Origin: an uncultured bacterium | GTDB taxonomy: Bacteria; CAYJRR01 | Assembly (NCBI GenBank): GCA_964372275.1 | Contig: CAYJRR010000087.1 | Location: forward strand, 1 to 19,347 | Direction of reading: 5' to 3' | Length of the DNA: 19,347 bases | Program-made: the position numbers and the translations under genes | Shown here: one piece after another, positions 1 through 7,783 of the stretch | How positions within the stretch are numbered: position 1 is the stretch's first letter | How the letters are laid out: each line of letters begins with the position of its first letter | Notes under the pieces: generated by a model | What the model saw: only the letters and a program-made list of their open reading frames with translations | What the model was told of the DNA's origin: nothing | The model's database searches: none

Positions 1-1265
1 GAGGGCCGGGCGATCGAGCGGACGGTCGGCGCCGCCGATTCGAGCGTTCGGCGCAGCGCGACCACCGGCGAGAGGTGGCCCGCTGCCCGGGCGGGGAGGT
101 AGGAGGCGAAAAGCGACGCGAACAGTCCCGCCCCGATCCCCAGCGCCAGGCGCCCGGGGGTGACGACCAGCGATTCGGGGCGGACGGCCAGGTAGAGATC
201 GGAGATCGTCTCCCCCACCGCCCGGAGCACCGCGTGCGCGAGCCCGAGTCCCACGACCAGACCCAGGCCCGAGCCGGCGAGGCCCAGCACCACCCCCTCC
301 CCGACGAACAGGGAGACGATGCCGCGTCGCTCGACGCCGATGGCGCGCAGCAGTCCGATCTCGCGGCGCCGCTGGGCGACGGCGATCGAGAGCGATTGGA
401 AGACGATGAAGGCGCCGACGAAGATCGAGACCAGCGAGGCGATCGAGGTCGCCAGCCGGAATCCGCCCAGGATCCGGTCGGCCTCCTCGGTCCGCCGCTG
501 CGGGCGCGCGACCGGAGCGCGGCCGGCGATGGCGGCGGAGAGCCGCGCGGCGAGGTCGGGCACGGCGACGCCGTCGTGTGCCATCACGTCGATCCGGTCG
601 AAGCGGCCGGCGCGGCCGAAGGCGTCCTGCGCCGCGTAGACGTCCATCACCGCCAGGTCCCCGCCGAGCACGGTGGCCGGACCGCGGGCTCGAAGCAGCC
701 CGTGCACCGTGAACGACTCGGTCCCGGCGATCGTCTCCAGCCGCACCGAATCGCCGATCTTCACGCCGTGGCGGCCGGCGTAGTCGTGCGTGAGGAGGAT
801 CCCGCGCGGGTCGTTCAGGAAGGCGAGGTCGTCGGCGATCGGTCCGCGCGTTCGCGCTCCCCCGGGGGACTCCCCGGACCCCTGGGCTTCGTCCGCGGTC
901 ACTTCGTAGTCGCGCACCTTGGCGTCGGCCAGGGTGTCGACCCCGAGCACGGCGAGCTGCACCCCGGTGCGGAGGTCGCGCGCGGTGTCGTAGACGACCG
1001 GCACCGCCGCCGCGACCCCTTGGGTTGCCGCGACCGTCTCCAGCAGCTCCTCCGCCACCCCGGTCGCGCCGTCGCCGACCTGCAGCACCGTCCGGCCGGC
1101 GATGCGGTCGATCGTCTGCCGGAGCGACGCCATCACCGATCCGTTCACCAGGTCGACGGCGAAGATCACCGCCACCCCCAGCGCGATCCCCGACAACGTC
1201 AGTCCCGACCGCCCCGGCGTGGCGCGAAGGTGGCGCAGGGAGATCAGCCGGAGGAGGGTTCGCAT
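1..1265 (-). CDS. ABC transporter permease, FtsX/MacB-LolE family (3' end runs off the window edge; start ATG at 1265)
   Basis: My own minus-strand translation from the ATG at 1265..1263 gives MRTLLRLISLRHLRATPGRSGLTLSGIALGVAVIFAVDLVNG..., a typical FtsX-permease N-terminal TM1. Near position 1 the same frame gives ...LLRAIGVERRGIVSLFVGEGVVLGLAGSGLGLVVGLGLAHAVLRAV...AGHLSPVVALR, the conserved FtsX C-terminal domain. It lies 28 nt downstream of the ABC ATPase stop. The track omits it because it has no stop inside the window. The 75..1397 + ORF is its mirror-frame artefact. I did not check every codon of the frame for stops. Confidence 0.75.
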   Translation of the reverse strand, partial: MRTLLRLISLRHLRATPGRSGLTLSGIALGVAVIFAVDLVNGSVMASLRQTIDRIAGRTVLQVGDGATGVAEELLETVAATQGVAAAVPVVYDTARDLRTGVQLAVLGVDTLADAKVRDYEVTADEAQGSGESPGGARTRGPIADDLAFLNDPRGILLTHDYAGRHGVKIGDSVRLETIAGTESFTVHGLLRARGPATVLGGDLAVMDVYAAQDAFGRAGRFDRIDVMAHDGVAVPDLAARLSAAIAGRAPVARPQRRTEEADRILGGFRLATSIASLVSIFVGAFIVFQSLSIAVAQRRREIGLLRAIGVERRGIVSLFVGEGVVLGLAGSGLGLVVGLGLAHAVLRAVGETISDLYLAVRPESLVVTPGRLALGIGAGLFASLFASYLPARAAGHLSPVVALRRTLESAAPTVRSIARP

Positions 1266-1293
1266 TCCGATCCCCGGCGTGTGCGGCGGTCCC

Positions 1294-2013
1294 TCATGCC
1301 CGTGCGGCGCGCGAAGCGTGTCGTTCTGCGACGATCCGCCCATCGCGGAACTCGAGGACCCGATCGGCGATCGCCGCCGCCGCCGGGTCGTGGGTGACCA
1401 TCACCACCGCTCGTCCCGGGCCTTCCCCCCGCGTCGCTTCGCGGAGAAGGTCGAGGACGCCGGCGCCGGCGGCGGTGTCGAGGTTGCCGGTCGGCTCGTC
1501 GGCGAGGAGCACCGCCGGCTCGGTGACCAGGGCCCGCGCGACGGCGATCCGCTGCATCTCGCCGCCGGAGAGCTCGTCCGGCGTGTGCTCCGCGCGCGCG
1601 GCCAGCCCGACGCGCTCCAGGATCCCCCGCGCGCGGCGGTCGGCTTCGGCGCGCGGGCGGCCCGCGAGCAGCAGCGGAAGGGAGACGTTCTCGGCCGCCG
1701 TCAGGAGCGGAAGGAGGTTGAAGAACTGGAAGACGAGCCCGATCCGATCGCGGCGCACCCGCGTCCGCTCGTCGTCGCTCATCCCGGCGAGCGACCGACC
1801 TTCGATCGACACCTCCCCCCGCGTCGGACGGTCGAGTCCGCCGAGGAGGTTGAGGAAGGTGCTCTTCCCCGAGCCGGACGGCCCGACGATGGCGACCATC
1901 TCGCCGGGGACGATCGTGGCGGAGACGCCGGCGACCGCGGCCACCTCCACCGCGCCGCGGCGGTAGACGCGGTGCACGTCGCGCGCCTCGATGCCGGCGG
2001 CATGGCCGCTCAC
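1294..2013 (-). CDS. ABC transporter ATP-binding protein (LolD/MacB-type ATPase)
   Basis: Walker A GPSGSGKST, Q-loop, ABC signature LSGGEMQRIAVARAL, Walker B LLADEPTGNLD and H-loop VTHD are all present within the 1294..2967 ORF. The upstream part of that ORF is mirror-frame extension. The likely start is the GTG at 2013 (MSGHAAGIEARDVHRVY...), which overlaps the TGA of the upstream radical SAM gene (GTGA). GGGGTG lies 5 nt upstream. The GTG at 2019 is an alternative. Confidence 0.9.
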   Translation of the reverse strand: MSGHAAGIEARDVHRVYRRGAVEVAAVAGVSATIVPGEMVAIVGPSGSGKSTFLNLLGGLDRPTRGEVSIEGRSLAGMSDDERTRVRRDRIGLVFQFFNLLPLLTAAENVSLPLLLAGRPRAEADRRARGILERVGLAARAEHTPDELSGGEMQRIAVARALVTEPAVLLADEPTGNLDTAAGAGVLDLLREATRGEGPGRAVVMVTHDPAAAAIADRVLEFRDGRIVAERHASRAARA

Positions 2014-3038
2014 GTCCACACCCCGGCGAGAGCCGTGGCGCACGCGGGGCACCGGCCTGCGACGAGCCGGTTGCGCAGCGTGCGGTAGCCGAACCGCGTG
2101 ATCACCACCTCCGCGCATCCCGGGCAGACGGTGTGCTCGGTGTCGTTGCCCGGGAGGCCGACGTAGACGTGTCGCAGACCCGCCGCCCGCCCGGCCTCCC
2201 AGGCGCGGAGGAGGGTGGAGAGCGGCGTCGGCGGGTGGTCGAGCATCCGGTAGTCGGGGTGGAAGCGTCCCAGGTGCCAGGGGATCGATCGGTCGAGCGA
2301 GGCCAAAAAGGCGGCCATCCCCTCCACGCTCTCTTCGCCGTCGTTCTCCCCCGGGATCAGGACGGTCGTCGCCTCGACCCAGATCCCGCGCCGGCGGAGG
2401 GAAGCGATCGCGTCGAGCACCGGCTGCAGGCGGCCGTTCGCCAGCCGCGCGTACGCGCCGTCGTCGAACGCCTTCAGGTCGACGTTCGCCGCGTCGACCA
2501 ACCCCTCGAGCCCGTCCAGCGCCTCCTCCGTCATGAACCCGTTGGTCTTGAGTAGGACCTTCAGGCCCGCCGCGCGCGCCGCCCGGGCGACGTCGCGGGC
2601 GTACTCGAAGAAGATCGTCGGCTCGCTGTAGGTGAAACAGACCGACTCGACGTTCGCCTCCCGTGCGCGGGCGACGACCTCCTCCGGCGCCACCGCTTCG
2701 CCGGGGGGATCGTCTCCGGAGCGCCCGGCGGCGAACTGTGAAAGGTCGTGGTTCTGGCAAAAGCCGCAGGCGAAGTTGCAGCCGACGGTCGCCAGGCTCA
2801 AGGTGCGCGTTCCCGGCAGGAAGTGCCGGAACGGCTTCTTCTCGATCGGATCGACCGCCATCGCCGCGGCGATTCCGTAGACCGACGTCCACAGCTTCTC
2901 GTCGCGGGCGAACCGGACGCCGCAGAGTCCGGTGCCGCGGTCCTCCAGCACGCAGCGGTGCGCGCACAGATCGCAGCGAACACGCCCGTCGGGGAGCCGC
3001 GCGTACAGCTCGGCCTCACGGATCGGGTGAACGGGCAT
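2010..3038 (-). CDS. AmmeMemoRadiSam system radical SAM enzyme (pyruvate-formate-lyase activating enzyme-like)
   Basis: 342 aa. N-terminal Cys cluster CDLCAHRC, the radical SAM motif CNFACGFCQN, and the family-typical VDPIEKKPFRHFLPGTRTLSLATVGC block are present. An AGGA/GGGGGG ribosome-binding site precedes the ATG at 3038. The start lies 22 nt downstream of the encapsulin stop. Confidence 0.85.
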   Translation of the reverse strand: MPVHPIREAELYARLPDGRVRCDLCAHRCVLEDRGTGLCGVRFARDEKLWTSVYGIAAAMAVDPIEKKPFRHFLPGTRTLSLATVGCNFACGFCQNHDLSQFAAGRSGDDPPGEAVAPEEVVARAREANVESVCFTYSEPTIFFEYARDVARAARAAGLKVLLKTNGFMTEEALDGLEGLVDAANVDLKAFDDGAYARLANGRLQPVLDAIASLRRRGIWVEATTVLIPGENDGEESVEGMAAFLASLDRSIPWHLGRFHPDYRMLDHPPTPLSTLLRAWEAGRAAGLRHVYVGLPGNDTEHTVCPGCAEVVITRFGYRTLRNRLVAGRCPACATALAGVWT

Positions 3039-3060
3039 CGCCCCCCATCCTAGCAGGCAG

Positions 3061-3942
3061 CTACTGGTAGCGCTCGGACGGCGCCTCGGCCGCCTTCTCG
3101 GCGCGGCGCGGCTCCCACAGGACGGCGACCGAGCCGGCGGAGCCGGGGAGCAGACAGACCGACTCCATCATCGAGAAGCGGAAGAACGCTCCTTCGCGGC
3201 CGTCGTAGGCGATCGCCAACTCCTGCCCGACCAGCAGCCGCGGTCCGGTTCGATCGCGCGAGAGCACGATCGCCCCCTCTCGCAATGCCGGGGCCTTCTC
3301 GATCCGTTCGAAGGCGGGTCGGAGCTGCTCCAGTGGCGTGAGAGGCGAGCCGGGGTAGGGGCGCAGCAACCGGTAGAAGAGGACGGGAGCGATCGCCGCG
3401 ACGAACGGACCGTGCCGTCCCCGCTCGTCGAGCCGCCCGGCGGCGGTGACGAGGTCGTCGGCGGCCGCGGCCGGATCGCTCCAGTCGGAGATCGAGATCC
3501 CGAGGCCCCCGGCCTGGGTCAATAGGCCCGGCATCTCCTCGCTCGTCGCGCCGCGGAAGACCAGCCGGTCTTCGGCTTGGGCGACCGCCTGCGCCGCTTC
3601 GACCACGGCGCGGGTGTCGAGCGGCTCGCTCCGCGTCTCGAAGGCGGCGATCGTCCGGATGCCGACGCGGAAGGGACGGTGGAGCAGCGGCAACGGGCGC
3701 GCGTCCGGAAGGTGGATGTGCGCCGCGGTCGAGGCCTCGCCGGCGACCGGTCCCGTCTCCTCGTCCGGCTCGACCGGGCGATCCTCCGCCGCCCCGAGCC
3801 GGACGCCGGGTCCGGCGGGACCGACGACCCGCAGCAGCCGCCGGCCGGTCGCGGCCTCGGTGAATGCCTCCCGCGCCGCGGCTTCGAGAGCCTCCCAGAC
3901 CGCCGGGCCGAAGGGGGCCGCTTCGTGGTCGAGGTAGCTCAC
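3061..3942 (-). CDS. Family 1 encapsulin nanocompartment shell protein (Linocin_M18 fold)
   Basis: 293 aa, starting VSYLDHEAAPFGPAVWEALEAAAREAF at a GTG (3942). The C-terminal region ...GPRLLVGQELAIAYDGREGAFFRFSMMESVCLLPGSAGSVAVL aligns with Thermotoga maritima encapsulin ...[48 protein letters not shown] lies 6 nt upstream of the GTG. The GTG overlaps the TGA of the EncFtn gene. The 946-aa track ORF (3061..5901) is an upstream mirror-frame extension. Confidence 0.85.
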   Translation of the reverse strand: MSYLDHEAAPFGPAVWEALEAAAREAFTEAATGRRLLRVVGPAGPGVRLGAAEDRPVEPDEETGPVAGEASTAAHIHLPDARPLPLLHRPFRVGIRTIAAFETRSEPLDTRAVVEAAQAVAQAEDRLVFRGATSEEMPGLLTQAGGLGISISDWSDPAAAADDLVTAAGRLDERGRHGPFVAAIAPVLFYRLLRPYPGSPLTPLEQLRPAFERIEKAPALREGAIVLSRDRTGPRLLVGQELAIAYDGREGAFFRFSMMESVCLLPGSAGSVAVLWEPRRAEKAAEAPSERYQ

Positions 3943-4289
3943 GGGAGCACCTCCGGCGCCTGCATGACCGCTGCCGGGACCGCCGTCGCCGGCGCGCCCG
4001 GTTCCTGGCGCGCGATGTCGCCGGCGCGGAAGAGGAAGGCGCGCAGGTGGCGGGCGAAGCCGACGTCCTGGCGGCGGATCCACTCCAGGAGCATCGCGGC
4101 GTGCTCCTTCTCGTCGTCGCGGTTGTGCTCGAGGATCCGCTTGAGCTCGGGATCCTCCGCGGCGTCGATCCGCTGCTGGTACCAGTCGACCGCCTCCAGC
4201 TCCTCGACGAGCGACGTCAGCGCCCGGTGCAGGTCGCGCGTACGCTCGCTGAGGTGCTTGTGCGATTCGTGGTACGGCTCGCCCGCCAT
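3939..4289 (-). CDS. Encapsulated ferritin-like protein (EncFtn), the encapsulin cargo
   Basis: 116 aa: MAGEPYHESHKHLSERTRDLHRALTSLVEELEAVDWYQQRIDAAEDPELKRILEHNRDDEKEHAAMLLEWIRRQD... This closely matches the EncFtn family (Rhodospirillum rubrum type ...EELEAVDWY...DPEL..IL.HNRDEEKEHAAM.LEWLRR), and the Glu/His di-iron ligands are conserved. It sits immediately upstream of, and overlapping, the shell gene. GGAG lies 5 nt before the ATG. Confidence 0.85.
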   Translation of the reverse strand: MAGEPYHESHKHLSERTRDLHRALTSLVEELEAVDWYQQRIDAAEDPELKRILEHNRDDEKEHAAMLLEWIRRQDVGFARHLRAFLFRAGDIARQEPGAPATAVPAAVMQAPEVLP

Positions 4290-4344
4290 GGCGCTCCGAT
4301 GAGCATCCGCGCCCGGGGCGGCAAGTGATAAGGTCGCGGCCCCG

Positions 4345-7014
4345 GTGGAACCGCGCCCGAAACTGTTCCTGATCGACGCCTACGCCTACGTCTTCCGCGC
4401 CTACCACGCACTGCCTCCGCTGGCGACCGCCAAGGGGGTGCCGACCGGAGCGACCTACGGGTTCATCACCGCGCTCCTGAAGATCCTCCGCGAGCACTCG
4501 CCCGACTACGTCGGCGTGGTGTGGGACGCGCCGGGGAAGGGGTTCCGCGAGGCGATCGACGCCAACTACAAGGCGAACCGGGGCGAGACCCCGGCCGATC
4601 TCCTGCCGCAGTTCGAGCAGGTGCGTCGCGTCACCGACGCCTTCTGCATTCCGCACGTCGAGGCGACCGGGTTCGAGGCCGACGACGTGATCGCCACCCT
4701 CACCCGCCAGGCGGTCGAGTCGGGGTGCGACGTGGTGATCGTCTCCGGGGACAAGGACCTGATGCAGCTCGTCTCCGACCGGGTCCGGCTCCTCGACGTC
4801 ATGCGGGACAAGGTCTTCGACCCGGCGGCGGTGGAGGAGAAGTTTGGCGTCCCGCCGGCGCGCGTCGCCGACTACCTCTCGCTCACCGGCGACAGCTCGG
4901 ACAACGTGCCGGGCGTGGAGGGGATCGGACCGAAGTCGGCGGCGGCGCTCCTCCTCCGCTACGGAAGCCTCGATCGGGTGCTGGCCGAGCTCGATCGGGT
5001 GGAGCCGGAGAAGGTACGCCACAAGATCGAAGCGAGCCGCGCGAACCTCGACCTTTCTCGAAAGCTGGTGGCGCTGTCGTACGACGCGCCGGTCCACTTC
5101 GACCGCGAACGGATGACGGCACGCTCCCCCGACGCGGAGCGGCTGCGGCCGCTCCTGGTGGAGCTCGAGTTTTCGCGGCTGATCCCGCAGTTCGCTGCGG
5201 TGAGCCGGGAGACGCGCGCCAAGGCGGCGGCCGGCTACCGTGCGGTGCTCGACGAAGCGGCGCTCGCCGAGATGCGCGACGTGCTGTCGCGCGCGCCGAG
5301 GATCGCCTTCGCGCTGCTGACCGACGGGCACGACCTCGCCGGCCCGACACTGGTCGGTATTGCGCTCGCCGGGTCGGAGGCGGAGGCCTGGTACGTGCCG
5401 CTCGGGCACCGGTACCTCGGCAGTCCGGCGCAGCTCCCGGCGACCACCGTCCTCGCCGCGCTCCGGGACCTGCTTGGCGATCCGGCCAGGCGGAAGGCGA
5501 CCCACGACCTCAAGAAGACGCTCCACGTCCTCTCCCGCTTCGGCGTGGCGATCGAAGGCCCGGTCTCGGACACGATGATCGGCGCCTATCTCCTGAACGC
5601 CGAGCGCGCATCGCCGTCGGTCGCCTCGATCGCGCAGGAGCTGCTCGACCACACCACCGTCCCGTTGGAGGAGTTCGCCGGAAAGGGGGCGAAGCAGCTC
5701 CCGTTCGAGCAGACGTCGGTCGAGCCGGCGACCGAGTGGGCGGCGGAGCAGGCCCGCGTCACGCTCCTGGGCGCGGGGGCGGTCGAGGCGCGGCTCGACG
5801 AGATTCCGTCGCTCGCCCGGATCTACCGCGAGGTCGAGCTGCCGCTCACCCGGGTGCTGGTGGAGATGGAGCGGACCGGGATCGCGCTCGACGTGGAGCA
5901 CCTGCGGCGGCTGTCGCAGGAGTACGACCGCGAGATCCGCGATCTGGAACGGGCGATCTTCGAGGCGGCGGGGACCGAGTTCAACATCGCCTCGCCGGTG
6001 CAGCTGCGTCAGGTGCTGTTCGATCGGCTCGGACTCCCGGTGATCAAGAAGACCAAGACCGGTCCGTCGACCGACCAGGACGTGTTGGAGAAGCTAAAGC
6101 CCAAGCATCCGGTGCCGAACCTGATCCTGCACCACCGCTCCCGGTGCAAGCTGAAGAGCACCTACGTCGACGCGCTGCCGCGCCTCCTCGGCCCCGACGG
6201 CCGGCTGCACACCACCTTCCACCAGACGGTCGCCGCGACCGGGCGGCTCTCCTCGACCGATCCGAACCTGCAGAACATCCCGATCCGGACCGAGGAAGGC
6301 CGGAAGATCCGCCGCGCCTTCGTCGCCGCCCCCGGCCACGCCTTCGTCGCCGCCGACTATTCGCAGATGGAGCTCCGGCTGGTGGCCGCCTACTCGGGGG
6401 AGAAGGCGATGATCGACGCCTTCCTCGCCGGCGAGGACATCCACGCCGCGACGGCCCGCACCGTCTTCGGAAAGGCGGACGACGATTCGAGGCGCGCCGC
6501 CAAGGCGGTGAACTTCGGGATCCTCTACGGGCAGGGCGGGTGGGGGCTCGCGCAGACCCTGGGGATCGAGCCGGCCGAGGCGGAGCGCTACATCGAGGCC
6601 TACTTCGAGCGCTACCCGAAGCTGCGCGCCTTCCTCGACGGAGTGCTGGCCCACGCCGACCGCCACGGGTGGGTGGAGACCCCGCTCGGCCGGCGGCGGA
6701 CGCTCCCCGATCTCCACTCGAAGAACCCGCAGCTCCGCGATGCCGCGCGGCGCATGGCGATCAACCACCCGATCCAGGGGGCGGCCGCCGACCTGATGAA
6801 GCTGGCGATGCTGGCCGCGCACCGGCTCCTCGCCGCCGAGGGCCTGCGCGCGCGGATGATCCTGCAGATCCACGACGAACTGGTCTTCGAAGCCCCGGAG
6901 GACGAGGTCGAGCGCGTGCAGGCGCTCGCCCGCGAGGCGATGGAAGGGGTCGCCACGCTCGCCGTGCCGCTCAAGGTCGACCTCGGCGTCGGCCGCGACT
7001 GGAGCGAGGTCTGA
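4345..7014 (+). CDS. polA: DNA polymerase I
   Basis: 889 aa. The 5'-3' exonuclease N-terminus (KLFLIDAYAYVFRAYHA) and polymerase motifs A/B/C (DYSQMELR, RRAAKAVNFGILYG, QIHDELVF) are present. The GTG start is the first start codon after an in-frame TAA. The stop is TGA. Confidence 0.95.
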   Translation: MEPRPKLFLIDAYAYVFRAYHALPPLATAKGVPTGATYGFITALLKILREHSPDYVGVVWDAPGKGFREAIDANYKANRGETPADLLPQFEQVRRVTDAFCIPHVEATGFEADDVIATLTRQAVESGCDVVIVSGDKDLMQLVSDRVRLLDVMRDKVFDPAAVEEKFGVPPARVADYLSLTGDSSDNVPGVEGIGPKSAAALLLRYGSLDRVLAELDRVEPEKVRHKIEASRANLDLSRKLVALSYDAPVHFDRERMTARSPDAERLRPLLVELEFSRLIPQFAAVSRETRAKAAAGYRAVLDEAALAEMRDVLSRAPRIAFALLTDGHDLAGPTLVGIALAGSEAEAWYVPLGHRYLGSPAQLPATTVLAALRDLLGDPARRKATHDLKKTLHVLSRFGVAIEGPVSDTMIGAYLLNAERASPSVASIAQELLDHTTVPLEEFAGKGAKQLPFEQTSVEPATEWAAEQARVTLLGAGAVEARLDEIPSLARIYREVELPLTRVLVEMERTGIALDVEHLRRLSQEYDREIRDLERAIFEAAGTEFNIASPVQLRQVLFDRLGLPVIKKTKTGPSTDQDVLEKLKPKHPVPNLILHHRSRCKLKSTYVDALPRLLGPDGRLHTTFHQTVAATGRLSSTDPNLQNIPIRTEEGRKIRRAFVAAPGHAFVAADYSQMELRLVAAYSGEKAMIDAFLAGEDIHAATARTVFGKADDDSRRAAKAVNFGILYGQGGWGLAQTLGIEPAEAERYIEAYFERYPKLRAFLDGVLAHADRHGWVETPLGRRRTLPDLHSKNPQLRDAARRMAINHPIQGAAADLMKLAMLAAHRLLAAEGLRARMILQIHDELVFEAPEDEVERVQALAREAMEGVATLAVPLKVDLGVGRDWSEV

Positions 7015-7024
7015 TCGCGTGTAC

Positions 7025-7044
7025 GGCCGTCCGACGGCTTATTT
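7025..7044. terminator. Possible bidirectional intrinsic terminator between the convergent polA and 7039..7650 genes
   Basis: GCCGT-CCG-ACGGC hairpin (5-bp stem) followed by TTATTT on the plus strand. It lies 11 nt after the polA TGA and overlaps the TAA of the convergent gene. The stem is short. Confidence 0.3.
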
Positions 7045-7650
7045 GGCCCAGCGGCGCACGATGTGGCCGTTCTTCCGGACCGAGATCTCGATCCAGCCTT
7101 CGACGAACGCCGCGTCGCAGTCGCACTGCATATCCGTCAGGAATTCACGAACCACGGGAGTCTGCCAGAAGCCGGGCTTCACCTCACGAAGTCCGGTCGA
7201 AGCTCGCATCGTCTCGCCGAGGTCCTGATGATCGATCACCGCTGCCGTTGCAAGGTCGATCACCGCGGCGGAGAGACGATCGAAGTGGGGGCGGTTATTC
7301 CGTCGCATGACGAGCAGAAGGCGACCGCCGGGTAGGGGAAAGGCCGGGTACTGGTCGTAGGTGGTGCTCCTGCAGGGTGTCTTTCGGTGTCCGACGCTTC
7401 GTACGTCGAAATAGTAGGCCGGCGGTAGATCGAGCTTCTTTCCGTCGAGCGAAACCACGTCGTCGTCATCCAGGCAGTCGCCATCGGTACCGTGTTCGCG
7501 AAGGCTGGGACTTACAAACGTCAGTGTTGCCTTTCGATCGGTCAGTGCGCACGTCACTTCGAATTCGCAGCGCGGCGCTTGTTCGGCCGACGCCGGCCGC
7601 ATTCCGGGCGCGAACAAGGTAGCAAGAACGACGACGTGCCAATTCCGCAT
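7039..7650 (-). CDS. Secreted hypothetical protein, Cys-rich (7 Cys), with atypical codon usage
   Basis: 203 aa. N-terminal signal peptide MRNWHVVVLATLFAPGMRPASA-EQAP. Stop is TAA. It uses many A/T-ending codons (aat, ctt, ttg, caa, aca, ttt, gta, tat, cta), unlike its neighbours. I recognise no domain. Confidence 0.55.
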   Translation of the reverse strand: MRNWHVVVLATLFAPGMRPASAEQAPRCEFEVTCALTDRKATLTFVSPSLREHGTDGDCLDDDDVVSLDGKKLDLPPAYYFDVRSVGHRKTPCRSTTYDQYPAFPLPGGRLLLVMRRNNRPHFDRLSAAVIDLATAAVIDHQDLGETMRASTGLREVKPGFWQTPVVREFLTDMQCDCDAAFVEGWIEISVRKNGHIVRRWAK

Positions 7651-7733
7651 TCGCCGATTCTAACCGACGCGAGTCGGCCTCGGTTTTCTCCTGCCGGATG
7701 ACGACTACCGCTTCGGGTACGGGTTCAGGCGGC

Positions 7734-7776
7734 CGGGGGCGCGCGCGGCCCCCTTTTGACTCCGCGCGCGCCCCCG
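7734..7776. repeat. Perfect 15-bp inverted repeat pair CGGGGGCGCGCGCGG-N13-CCGCGCGCGCCCCCG (spacer CCCCCTTTTGACT)
   Basis: Read directly from the sequence. It lies 8 nt downstream of the minus-strand stop of the flagellin-like gene and upstream of the 7039..7650 gene. It could be a GC-rich terminator stem-loop or an operator. Confidence 0.5.
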
Positions 7777-7783
7777 TCGTCAA

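Noticed and set aside
75-1397. 440-aa plus-strand ORF rich in Arg/Gly/Pro
   Set aside because: Mirror-frame artefact of the minus-strand FtsX permease in very GC-rich DNA. It has no recognisable domains, whereas the opposite strand gives clean FtsX permease motifs.
3939-4330. A possible frameshift in the encFtn/upstream region, suggested by my base counting being off by one relative to the ORF track
   Set aside because: The disagreement is most likely my own character-counting error. The track gives a continuous 116-aa EncFtn with full-length family homology, and track coordinates matched my readings at 3038, 3864, 3939 and 4345.
3943-5901. Upstream 650-aa extension of the encapsulin ORF (track ORF 3061..5901)
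   Set aside because: Homology to encapsulin starts at VSYLDHEAAPF. A GTG with a GGAGGT ribosome-binding site lies there, and the region upstream is antisense to polA.
4521-7310. 929-aa plus-strand ORF (Arg/Gly/Pro-rich) overlapping polA in another frame. Similar long ORFs at 12139..13956 (-), 13377..14738 (-), 13640..14566 (+), 9525..10877 (+), 9541..10734 (-), 7958..9010 (+) and 16007..17404 (+)
   Set aside because: Low-complexity translations typical of out-of-frame or antisense reading of high-GC coding DNA. Each overlaps a gene with strong homology support.
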